From NCBI GenBank assembly GCA_963804995.1, contig CAWDSK010000006.1, positions 2,108,698 through 2,172,697 of the forward strand: 64,000 nt of DNA, in the 5' to 3' direction. This document shows, piece after piece, positions 51,444 to 59,876 of this stretch. The notes under the pieces are model-generated. The model saw only the letters and a list, made by a program, of their open reading frames with translations, was not told the DNA's origin and ran no database searches. The position numbers were made by a program, and so were the translations under genes. The DNA is from an uncultured Acidobacteriota bacterium. GTDB lineage: Bacteria > Acidobacteriota > Terriglobia > UBA7540. Within the stretch, counting starts at the first letter, position 1. Each line of letters starts with the position of its first letter.

Positions 51444-53201
51444 TTATGCGGCTGGCGGCCCCTTTTCGGATTCTTGTTCCCTTGTTCCCACTATATGGTT
51501 GGAACAAGGAAACGAGTATTTATAAGGGTCGCCCTTTTTGCCGCTTCCCTCTCGCGTCACCCTGCCATTCGCAACTAGCACCCGAAGAGCTTTTCGCTTG
51601 AGGATGGTTTTGCCGTCCACTTGCTCATCAATCTCCGGCTCAGTCTTTCCCTCTCCCGCGGCTTTCAGAAATTCGACGATGGCCTCTTCGCACTCTTGCC
51701 GCTCAGCCTCAAACCGGGTGCCCCCGACTGATAGACGCCGGGATTCCGAGTCAAATTGCAGTACCGTTTCCGGCATCCATTCGCCCAGCCGTTGGACTGT
51801 CTGAATAGTTCGGTAGGCTTCGGTACGTTTCAAAACGAGGAGACTGTTGACCGCCCCGCCGATGGCCGTTGTGCCGAGCGGCGAATCTATGGCATCCGCC
51901 TTCAGCGCTTTGCCGGAATGGTGCGTCACTAATAGGAGAGTTTCAGTAACTCGGGCGATGTCGATTAACGGCCCCAGCGCCTTGTACCCTTCGGCATAGG
52001 CTTTTTCATCTTTGACGTGAATCATTCGGAATAGTGGGTCGATAACCACCAAGACTGGCTTGTGCTTCCGCACAAGAGCAATCAGGGCGAGTACACCACC
52101 TTCCGGGGTAGTGTCGGCGTGGATCGAGATTGGTTCCTCGCCCGTTGCGCCCATTGCCCGAAAGTCTGCCGTGACATCCTCAACCCGTTCTTCCAGCGCC
52201 AGGTAGATGCAAGGGCCACCCTTGGTGTGCAATCCGAGGAATTCCTCACCACGCGATACGGCTAGGCAGAGATTTCTTGCAAATGTTGACTTGCCGACTT
52301 TGGGCTTTGAGACGACAGCAGAGACAGTGCCCGCCGCCAACCGGCCTTGCCAAACCCAATCAACCGGCTTATCAGGCCGGGAGAGCAATTCACCCAGCCT
52401 CACAAGTCGGAAACCAGACTCCGGCTTCAGCGTCGCCCACTTCGCCACATCTGCCGCCGTCAATTCGGCTGTGCCGTTGACGATTTCAAGCAATTGCTCT
52501 CGCGCCCCTTCCAGGTCGCCGCCCCCAAGTTCAACCCACTCGGTCAGGTCTTTCGCTTGCGGCAACGCTTCGATCACCTTGACGGATTCAGCTAACCCGA
52601 CCATTGACCGAGCCACATCGCGCGCATGAGCTACGCCGGGGGCGTCGGCGTCGGCGATAATCACAACTCGCTTTCCCTTGAGAAGCTTGGAGTATTCGGG
52701 CCGCCACTTTCCAGCGCCGTGGGGGTTGCAGGTGGCGACAAGCCCTAGGTTTCGCGCTGTTTCAGAGTCCTTTTCTCCCTCGCAGACATAAACGGCCTCG
52801 GCTTTGATGACCTCGGGCAAGTTGTAGGGGACACGGCGCACACCCTCCAGGTTCCATATCCAACCGCCTCGGCCATCGGGCCGCCGCTGCTTGAACGCCT
52901 TGGGCTCGTAACGTACAACCTCGAAAAGCAGTTTCCCATTCTCGTCAACGTAGCGGTAGGTTAAGGCAATTCTCTGATTCGGTGTCTCCGGGCCGTGGAA
53001 TAAATCAGCCATCGTAAGCCCCATGGCACTCAAGATGTCTTGGATTCGACAGCCCGCGTGACAATGAAGCAAGATTTTGCCGCCTTCCTCGCGGACGCTG
53101 AGCGAAGGGTTGCGGTCTTCGTGGGCAGGGCACAGGGCGGTCACGGCGGGGCCGTTGCGGCTCACACCTTTGAGCTTGCCAAGCAATTCCGTCAGGGTCA
53201 T
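51444..53201 (-). CDS. Primase-helicase (Zn finger + TOPRIM + RepA/AAA_25)
   Basis: CPAH..CHAGC, CEGEKD, DAD, Walker A SKPKVGKS, LVVIDP, HHSGK. Confidence 0.9.
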   Translation of the reverse strand: MTLTELLGKLKGVSRNGPAVTALCPAHEDRNPSLSVREEGGKILLHCHAGCRIQDILSAMGLTMADLFHGPETPNQRIALTYRYVDENGKLLFEVVRYEPKAFKQRRPDGRGGWIWNLEGVRRVPYNLPEVIKAEAVYVCEGEKDSETARNLGLVATCNPHGAGKWRPEYSKLLKGKRVVIIADADAPGVAHARDVARSMVGLAESVKVIEALPQAKDLTEWVELGGGDLEGAREQLLEIVNGTAELTAADVAKWATLKPESGFRLVRLGELLSRPDKPVDWVWQGRLAAGTVSAVVSKPKVGKSTFARNLCLAVSRGEEFLGLHTKGGPCIYLALEERVEDVTADFRAMGATGEEPISIHADTTPEGGVLALIALVRKHKPVLVVIDPLFRMIHVKDEKAYAEGYKALGPLIDIARVTETLLLVTHHSGKALKADAIDSPLGTTAIGGAVNSLLVLKRTEAYRTIQTVQRLGEWMPETVLQFDSESRRLSVGGTRFEAERQECEEAIVEFLKAAGEGKTEPEIDEQVDGKTILKRKALRVLVANGRVTREGSGKKGDPYKYSFPCSNHIVGTREQESEKGPPAA

Positions 53202-53402
53202 CTAGGCCCCCCGAGCTTTGGCGGGGCGCAAGCCCTCTGCGATAAGTCGGCCCACTTCTTCACTCGGGATGCGCACCAGACGGCCCAGCTTGACGTGCGC
53301 AATCTTCCGTTCCAAGAGCCATCTGCGACAGCACGCGACTGTGACTCCGAGGGCCTCAGCAAATTGTGCGACCGATAGTAATCTCGTTTGGTCATTCGCC
53401 AT
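53202..53402 (-). CDS. Excisionase-like HTH protein
   Basis: LLSVAQFAEALGV..RRW..KLGRLVRI; GGAGG RBS. Confidence 0.85.
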   Translation of the reverse strand: MANDQTRLLSVAQFAEALGVTVACCRRWLLERKIAHVKLGRLVRIPSEEVGRLIAEGLRPAKARGA

Positions 53403-53680
53403 GATTGTGTCCTCCTTCCGAGGCTGAGCATGTCACCGGTTTTGGGCCGATTCAATTTTGGGAATTTGGTCATGGTGCCAATCTAAAGAAACGACGGCGC
53501 TTGCCCACGCGAGAACCAAACAGGCCATGTCTTGCGAAAGGGATTTTTGGAATTTTGGAATAAGGCGAGTGGCCGTCTGGTTGGTGAGTCCCATTGCCCT
53601 TATGAGTAGGGCCGAGAGTAAGCTATGGAATGATACGTCTTGATAGGAAAGATCGAGTTGGGATTTTTGGAATGATTTTC

Positions 53681-54178
53681 TTAGAGAAGGCCATGTTTGC
53701 GGCCCCACATGAGGGCTTTTGAAACTGCGTTGGCTGGATTCGTGAATGTGTTGAGGGTCGGTTTTAGGGCAGGGAGTTCCGCTAGTTGTTTAGGTTTCAT
53801 CTGCATCTTGTGTTTCTGATATTCCTCGCAGATCCGCCGATATATTTTCTCGTTTTCAGGGGGGCGGCCCCGATTCTTCTTGGCTCGCAACGGGTCGGTG
53901 TCTCTCTCAGGGCGTTCGCCCGACGGTTGGTCAAGGTCCGCATCGCGCCTTATGAGTTCCACTTTCAATGAGCGGATGCGGCGAGTCAGGTCGTAAAGAA
54001 GCACTCTCTCGGGCCTGCCTTTCCCTTCAGCATACTGTGAGATAACCGAAGGGGTTTCCGGCAACTGCGCTAGGTGGGGGAATTCCTTCACGAGTCTGTC
54101 TCTCTGCTTCTCCTGGCGCTGCAACTCACGGCGCAGATCGGACGGGGCTAAACCGGTCAATTCCGTTTCAGAGGTCAC
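53681..54178 (-). CDS. Hypothetical protein, possible DNA-binding regulator
   Basis: GTG start after GGAGG; RGRPP AT-hook-like motif. Confidence 0.6.
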   Translation of the reverse strand: MTSETELTGLAPSDLRRELQRQEKQRDRLVKEFPHLAQLPETPSVISQYAEGKGRPERVLLYDLTRRIRSLKVELIRRDADLDQPSGERPERDTDPLRAKKNRGRPPENEKIYRRICEEYQKHKMQMKPKQLAELPALKPTLNTFTNPANAVSKALMWGRKHGLL

Positions 54179-54215
54179 AGGCCACCTCCCGCGTGGCAAT
54201 CCCGGAGTGAGGGTA

Positions 54216-54269
54216 GGTCGGCAGGCGGGCCGGGATGCGTCCGCTCTTCGGGAGCTACCCTAGCCGACC
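54216..54269 (-). ncRNA. Putative CI/C4-like antisense leader RNA
   Basis: Closing stem ggtcggc/gccgacc; three internal segments complementary to downstream sites. Confidence 0.6.
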
Positions 54270-54282
54270 GTTTACAGGCTGG

Positions 54283-54333
54283 ATTCTACACCTTCAGTTT
54301 TTGCTTGACAAGGGAAAACCTACCGGCTAAGAT
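54283..54333. promoter_or_regulatory. Overlapping back-to-back sigma70 promoters
   Basis: Plus TTGACA(54305)-17-TAAGAT; minus TTGTCA(54311)-17-TAGAAT. Confidence 0.7.
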
Positions 54334-54353
54334 AAATCTTGGCGGCTACGTTT

Positions 54354-54515
54354 ATGGAAAAAGACACGGACGCGGCAATCCGAGAGTACCTCACGAAGAT
54401 TGGGCGCAAGGGCGGCAAGGCTCGGGCGGCGAAGCACAGCAAGGCCGAACTGAGCAAGTGGGCCAAGCGCGGCGGCAGGCCGCGAAAGGACAAAACTGAG
54501 AAGGGGGGGAAGTGA
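54354..54515 (+). CDS. 53-aa basic KGG/GRPRK protein upstream of integrase
   Basis: MEKDTDAAIREYLTKIGRKGGKARAAKHSKAELSKWAKRGGRPRKDKTEKGGK; stop 1 bp before int ATG; not in ORF track. Confidence 0.7.
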   Translation: MEKDTDAAIREYLTKIGRKGGKARAAKHSKAELSKWAKRGGRPRKDKTEKGGK

Positions 54516-54516
54516 C

Positions 54517-55668
54517 ATGCTTTATCAACGAGGGCAGCAAAAGATTTGGTGGTATCGCTTTCGCTTCGCGGGGCGGATTGTACACGAGTCGGCCAAGACC
54601 ATGAGTAAGACCGTAGCGCGGGAAGCCGAGCGCGCCCGAAGGCGACAGTTTGAGGAAACATGGAATCGCATTGAGAAGCGCACCCTTCCCCCACGTTTCG
54701 ATCAAGCTGCAAGTGCGTGGCTCGCGGAAGTGAGGCCACACCTGGCTGAGCGCACGCAAGACATATATGGAGTAGCACTCGACTGTCACCTAGTACCTGA
54801 GCTTGGCTCTCTGTTGCTGTGCGACCTCTCGGCAGAGGTAATCGCCCGCTATCAAGCAAAACGGAAAGCCGAGAATGCCTCGGCTCGCACGCTTAACAAA
54901 GAGCTTCAGGTATTGCGCCAGATTCTCAGGCGGCACAAGCTGTGGGCCAACCTGCAAGGGGATGTGAAGTTTGAGCGGGAGTCGGAAGGCATCGGTAAGG
55001 CGCTCGCACGTGAGGAAGAGAAGAAACTTTTGAGTGCCTGCGAGTCCAATCAACTGCTGCACACGGCTGTAACTCTTGCCCTAAACACGGGCCTGCGAAA
55101 GAACGAAATCCGCACCCTGCAATGGAATCAGATTGACCTTTTCAAGAAGGAACTAACGGTAGGCAAGGCAAAGACCGAAGGCGGGAGCGGCAGGCTGATT
55201 CCGCTTAACCCGCTGGCCTTCGCTGCCCTTGTGAAGTGGGCAGGCCGCTTCCCTGACGCCAAGCCAGAGGATTATGTTTTCCCGGCTTGCGAGGCGGCAG
55301 GAATCGAACGCGAGCACCCTGACAACGAGAGAATTGACCCTTCCAAGCCTATCAAGTCTTGGCGGTCGGCATGGCGCGCCGCTCTGAAGCGGGCGGGGCT
55401 GACAATTCGCTTCCATGACCTTCGCCACACCTGCATCACCAAGCTCGCCGAAAGCCTGACATCAGACCAGACCATCATGGCAATCGCAGGACACGTCAGC
55501 CGCAAGATGGTTGAGCACTATTCCCACATTCGGACTGACGCCAAGCGAGTGGCTCTAGACCTTATCGCCCAGGCCCCAAATCCGGCCATAATTCAGGCAG
55601 GTGTGCACCAAAATGGTAACCAAGTGCCGGAAGGTGAAAAGCGGGGTCTTGCTAACTCCATGAATTGA
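54517..55668 (+). CDS. int: Tyrosine recombinase/integrase
   Basis: TGLR..E, K, HDLRH, GH, Y catalytic residues; ends adjacent to att. Confidence 0.95.
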   Translation: MLYQRGQQKIWWYRFRFAGRIVHESAKTMSKTVAREAERARRRQFEETWNRIEKRTLPPRFDQAASAWLAEVRPHLAERTQDIYGVALDCHLVPELGSLLLCDLSAEVIARYQAKRKAENASARTLNKELQVLRQILRRHKLWANLQGDVKFERESEGIGKALAREEEKKLLSACESNQLLHTAVTLALNTGLRKNEIRTLQWNQIDLFKKELTVGKAKTEGGSGRLIPLNPLAFAALVKWAGRFPDAKPEDYVFPACEAAGIEREHPDNERIDPSKPIKSWRSAWRAALKRAGLTIRFHDLRHTCITKLAESLTSDQTIMAIAGHVSRKMVEHYSHIRTDAKRVALDLIAQAPNPAIIQAGVHQNGNQVPEGEKRGLANSMN

Positions 55669-55669
55669 T

Positions 55670-55746
55670 TGGTGGGCCTGGGTAGAGTTGAACTACCGAC
55701 CTCACCCTTATCAGGGGTGCGCTCTAGCCACCTGAGCTACAGGCCC
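55670..55746 (-). tRNA. tRNA-Ile(GAT)
   Basis: Cloverleaf, anticodon GAT, encoded CCA. Confidence 0.97.
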
Positions 55747-55806
55747 GTTCTCCCTAACACGGGGAACGCTTACGGAAGGTTCCAGCGTCTTCCGGTGAGA
55801 CTTATC

Positions 55807-55835
55807 AGTATAGGCAGGGCCTACTTTTGGCGCAA
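55807..55835 (-). promoter_or_regulatory. Putative tRNA promoter
   Basis: TTGCGC-17-TATACT upstream of tRNA-Ile. Confidence 0.6.
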
Positions 55836-56053
55836 GGGGAAAGGTGATAGAGTACGAGGGTCAGGATGTTTGAGCGGCGAGTTTACCTCACCGAATCGAG
55901 GCGTCCCGATTGAGTTGCGCCATGTTTCGCCCCGTTTAGAGGAAACGAACCCGCCTCCGAAAGTGCGAGTGGGTTCTGCTTTTCCCAGGCTCGCGCTATA
56001 ATGAGCGCTGGCAATTCATCTGATCAAGACGAGCATCGTTTGAGGCCCCGAGC

Positions 56054-56410
56054 ATGACCGCCCTGTCGTTACGATTGGGTGATGTAACCGACAACTATTG
56101 CCCCCGCTGTAAGCTGCTGCTGAACCATGCAGTGGCGAGCCTGGTCGAGGGCAAGGTCGTGAAGGTGGTTTGCCAAACCTGCCACACCGAGCACCCCTAC
56201 CGGAACGCCGAGGTCCCGCCTAAGAAAAAGTCCGGTCCTCGCGCCGTACTCTTTGACGCCGTACTTTCCAAGGCCGCGCCCGCGAATTCGGAGGAAGCAC
56301 CGGAAGAAAAGCCGGAGGAACCCGTGCCACCCCCCAAGAAGAAACGTGCCGTAACCCCCGCGCGGTATATTACTCGGCACGCCACGCGGCCTCCGCGCGG
56401 CACTCGTTAA
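56054..56410 (+). CDS. Hypothetical Zn-ribbon protein
   Basis: CPRC...H...CQTC..EH. Confidence 0.75.
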   Translation: MTALSLRLGDVTDNYCPRCKLLLNHAVASLVEGKVVKVVCQTCHTEHPYRNAEVPPKKKSGPRAVLFDAVLSKAAPANSEEAPEEKPEEPVPPPKKKRAVTPARYITRHATRPPRGTR

Positions 56411-56425
56411 CTGGCAAACCCTCCC

Positions 56426-57655
56426 CTACTGATCTCGCCCCAGAACTCGAACTTTGTCCGGAGAAACCAGCTCGTAGTGCGTTCCGCGCCACTCGATCCT
56501 CCGCGTGCAGCCGGCCACGAGAAAATTCCACAACATGATCCAGGGGACTACGGGCGTTAGTTGCCAGTAACGGGCGGCGAGGCGTTCGATGCTCTCATCC
56601 TTCCTTGAAAAACATTCCCGGGCTACCACAGACCGAATGCGTCCTTTGTCAGCGCCGAGCCCCAGGATGATGGCCATGATCACGGCAACCGCAAACCGTT
56701 GCGCTGCCGTTGAGCCCGGCACGGCCAGCGCTACGATTCCGAGAGCCAAAGTTCCACAATAGAAGGTGTACGCTGCCAGGCCCAAACGCCACAAATGCTC
56801 CGCGTAAACACGTGTGATGATGATCTGGCGATTCGCCCAGCGAAGGAAATCCCGGAAACTCGAATCTGCCCGCGAGGCTACCAGGCAACGCGGTTCAAAT
56901 TCGATTCGCCCGCCGGCATCGCGCACGGCACGCGTCAGCGCGTAGTCATCACTGACCGTATTTACCCAGTAGTGTTCGGCTATCCTCAACCGGCGAAAGT
57001 CAGCCGTGCGAATCGCCATCGACCCGCCCCACGCGAAGTTGTGATCATGGTCTCCCATCATGGTGGCGATCGAAGTATCCCACGCGGCGCACAGTTGCGA
57101 CACAAGCCCCGGGCCTGGCAGATACCATCGAAACCCCGTACTGACGGTCGTGCGCGGGTCGGCGAGCGGCGCCACGAGAGACCGTAACCATTCTGGCGAG
57201 GGTGTTGCATCAATGTCGGCAAAGACCAGTACTTCAACGGACGCGTTCAGCGTTTCGAGCCCGCGCAGCAGGTTATTGACCTTTTCCCCTCGCGTCTCCG
57301 ATATCCCCGCCACGACCAAAGAGGCTTTCGGCGCGCGGCCCGCGGAGTCTTGCGGCACCTTCCCCAACCGCTCTTGCAGGCGAGGGTAGACGGGATCATC
57401 GGCCATAGCAACGACGAACACAATTTGATAGCTTGGATAATCCTGATTCAGAAATTGTTCGAGATTGGTTTCAAAATCCGCGTCAACTCCCTTGCAGGGA
57501 ATCACAACGCCTGCCATCGGAGTGTAGCCATCCGCTGGTTTGCTCCGCCTCTTGCGCACGAAACGCAAGAAGCGATAGCCATCAACAAGAGCCCAGGCGC
57601 TCTGCACTATCAGCAGAATCCCGAGAAAGAAGAAGATCTTCACCGGCCAGAGCAT
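56426..57655 (-). CDS. GT2/GT21 glycosyltransferase (ceramide glucosyltransferase/HpnI-like)
   Basis: PCKG, EKVNNL, DID, SDD, RWANRQ; TM helices. Confidence 0.85.
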   Translation of the reverse strand: MLWPVKIFFFLGILLIVQSAWALVDGYRFLRFVRKRRSKPADGYTPMAGVVIPCKGVDADFETNLEQFLNQDYPSYQIVFVVAMADDPVYPRLQERLGKVPQDSAGRAPKASLVVAGISETRGEKVNNLLRGLETLNASVEVLVFADIDATPSPEWLRSLVAPLADPRTTVSTGFRWYLPGPGLVSQLCAAWDTSIATMMGDHDHNFAWGGSMAIRTADFRRLRIAEHYWVNTVSDDYALTRAVRDAGGRIEFEPRCLVASRADSSFRDFLRWANRQIIITRVYAEHLWRLGLAAYTFYCGTLALGIVALAVPGSTAAQRFAVAVIMAIILGLGADKGRIRSVVARECFSRKDESIERLAARYWQLTPVVPWIMLWNFLVAGCTRRIEWRGTHYELVSPDKVRVLGRDQ

Positions 57656-57786
57656 CTCGAAATATCCTGTCTCAAAAATGGAAAAGGGAAAAGCCTCAGA
57701 GAGCGCGAGTGTACCATAACGCTCCAAGCGATTTTGGAGAGGCCGCGTGCCGTGCGTCACGTAGCGTAGCGCGGCCAAGCTCTTGA

Positions 57787-57893
57787 TGAAAAGTCCTAGG
57801 GCAAAACGCCAGAAGGTGGGGAATTATGTGGGACCTCGCTCGCTACGCCCCGCGGAGAGCAACATATGGGACATGTCCCACTTTGACGAAACG
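57787..57893 (+). repeat. ~105-bp dispersed element, copy 2
   Basis: Aligns with reverse complement of 23961-24066. Confidence 0.85.
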
Positions 57894-58137
57894 TCATGAG
57901 CCTGCAAGGTTAGATTAGTCGCGCAGGGGAGCCTGACTTCCCCGCCCCGGGTCGCGCCGGATGTGCAGACTTCTTGCCTCCGGATTTCGCTCCGAGTCGC
58001 GTGGAATTAAAAACTGCAGCGCCTCAAAGCAGGCAGCACGGTGCGGCGGAGCGGCAACCCGTCGCGCGCGTCCCCCTCGAACCCGCCAGAGTTTCTGTTA
58101 AGATAAGTCTCGCCCCCGGGGGGCAAGGTGCTGCCAC

Positions 58138-59550
58138 ATGTTTGCGCGCCACAACCGGCTGATGGGTGTCATTTACCTTTGCGCCGATCTCCTTCTGGCG
58201 CTCGCAAGTTTTGCCGTGGCGACCGAGTTTCGCACCCATCTCGCGGTGCGCCCCCTTTACTTACCTGCGCATTATCCCTGGCTCATTCTGCTGACTGTCG
58301 CCCTGTGGGTGGGCGTGGGGGTGGCATCAGGAATTTACCGTGACGTGGACGAGCAGGATCTGCGCCGCACGCTCGGCGACCCTTTTAGAGTAGGTTTCGC
58401 CTCCACGCTTTTTCTGTTCGCGGTTACCTTCGCCTTCAAGCTGGAATACATCAGCCGCTTGCTGCTGGGATTGTACGCGCTGACCGATCTTTTCCTGATG
58501 ATCACGTTCCGCCTGGTGGCACGGCGCTTTGGGACCGCCTTGCGCGGCAGCGTGGCGGGTTTTCGTAATTTTCTCCTGGTGGGTGAAGGCCCCGAAGTCA
58601 TGGAGATTGCCCGCACTCTCGAAGCCCACGAAACCAGCGGCATGCGATTGTTCGGTTTTGTTCGGGTGGGGACGGGACCGGAGTCCCCCGCTCCAGGACT
58701 CGCCAAATCCTACCCGACCTTCCAACTCCCCGAACTTCCCGCGATGCTGCGCCGGCAGGTAATCGATGAAGTGATCTTTGCCGTGGGCAAGGAGGAACTG
58801 GAGAAGCTCGAGGAGACATTTCTGGTTTGTGAGGAAGAGGGTGTCAAGACCCGCGTCCTCCTCAGCTTTTTTCCGCACGTCATTTCCAAAGTCTATCTCG
58901 AACGGTTGGGAGACAAGCCCCTCCTGACCTTTTCCGCTACGCCCGATGACGAATTGTTGCTGCTGAAGCGCGTTCTCGATTTCGTCATGGCCCTCGCGGC
59001 GCTGCTGATACTCTCGCCGATTCTTTTGGTCCTGGCGATTCTGGTCAAACTCACCTCGCGCGGCCCCATCTTCTTCCGCCAGACGCGCTGCGGCCTGGGG
59101 GGCCGGAAGTTCACGCTCTACAAATTCCGCTCCATGCTAGCGGACGCTGACCTGCGTCGCGAGGAGGTGGAGGCCCTGAACGAGGTGGATGGGCCGGTAT
59201 TCAAAATCAAGAATGACCCGCGCTGCACTCCCATGGGACGCTTCATGCGCAAGTTCAGTCTGGATGAACTCCCCCAACTGGTCAATATCCTTAGAGGTGA
59301 TATGTCGTTTGTGGGGCCACGCCCGCCCCTTCCGGAGGAAGTGGAAAAATACGAGCCCTGGCAGCGGCGGCGCCTGCGCATGCAGCCCGGGTTGACTTGT
59401 TTATGGGCGCTCGAAGGGCGCAGCCAGCTCAATTTTCGCCGCTGGATGGAGTTGGATTTCGAGTACATCGACCACTGGTCGATGACACTCGATTGGAAGA
59501 TTCTGCTGAGAACGATTCCCGTGGTTCTGCTGGGCCGCGGGGCGAGTTAG
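58138..59550 (+). CDS. Polyprenyl-phosphate glycosylphosphotransferase (WcaJ/WbaP family)
   Basis: KRVLD, KFRSM, DPR, LDELPQL, GPRP. Confidence 0.92.
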   Translation: MFARHNRLMGVIYLCADLLLALASFAVATEFRTHLAVRPLYLPAHYPWLILLTVALWVGVGVASGIYRDVDEQDLRRTLGDPFRVGFASTLFLFAVTFAFKLEYISRLLLGLYALTDLFLMITFRLVARRFGTALRGSVAGFRNFLLVGEGPEVMEIARTLEAHETSGMRLFGFVRVGTGPESPAPGLAKSYPTFQLPELPAMLRRQVIDEVIFAVGKEELEKLEETFLVCEEEGVKTRVLLSFFPHVISKVYLERLGDKPLLTFSATPDDELLLLKRVLDFVMALAALLILSPILLVLAILVKLTSRGPIFFRQTRCGLGGRKFTLYKFRSMLADADLRREEVEALNEVDGPVFKIKNDPRCTPMGRFMRKFSLDELPQLVNILRGDMSFVGPRPPLPEEVEKYEPWQRRRLRMQPGLTCLWALEGRSQLNFRRWMELDFEYIDHWSMTLDWKILLRTIPVVLLGRGAS

Positions 59551-59876
59551 GAAGGCGTCTTACGTTGTTTCCGCCCCCCGCCACCCTGCTACCCCACCCA
59601 ATCTGGCTCATCCTGGGCGTCGATCCCGCCGATAACCGATACGGGAAAGTGTGGTACGGCCGGGCAGGTTGGCGCAGAGCGAGCCCGCACGGTAGCACAG
59701 GCACTCCTGCCTGTGAATGTGGCTCGAGGTTCGAGCTTAGCGACACAGCCAGGAGTGGCTGTGCTACGCCGTCCCGGGTTGGAGATTTGGGGTTTTCCAA
59801 TACGAAGGGCCGCGGACCCCAAAAACGGGGGACCGCGCTACGAAACAGGCCCGTCCGGGCCACCAGCGGCGTAGCG

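Larger units (their letters stand above)
48475..55714. mobile_element. ~7.2 kb integrative phage-satellite/PICI-like element in tRNA-Ile
   Basis: 45-bp direct repeats, tyrosine integrase, Xis-like HTH, primase-helicase, no structural genes. Confidence 0.9.

Noticed and set aside
48475..55714. Complete prophage or ICE
   Set aside because: No structural, lysis, relaxase or T4SS genes in 7.2 kb
48200..56000. rRNA operon around the Ile/Ala tRNAs
   Set aside because: Flanks are protein-coding; no 16S or 23S sequence
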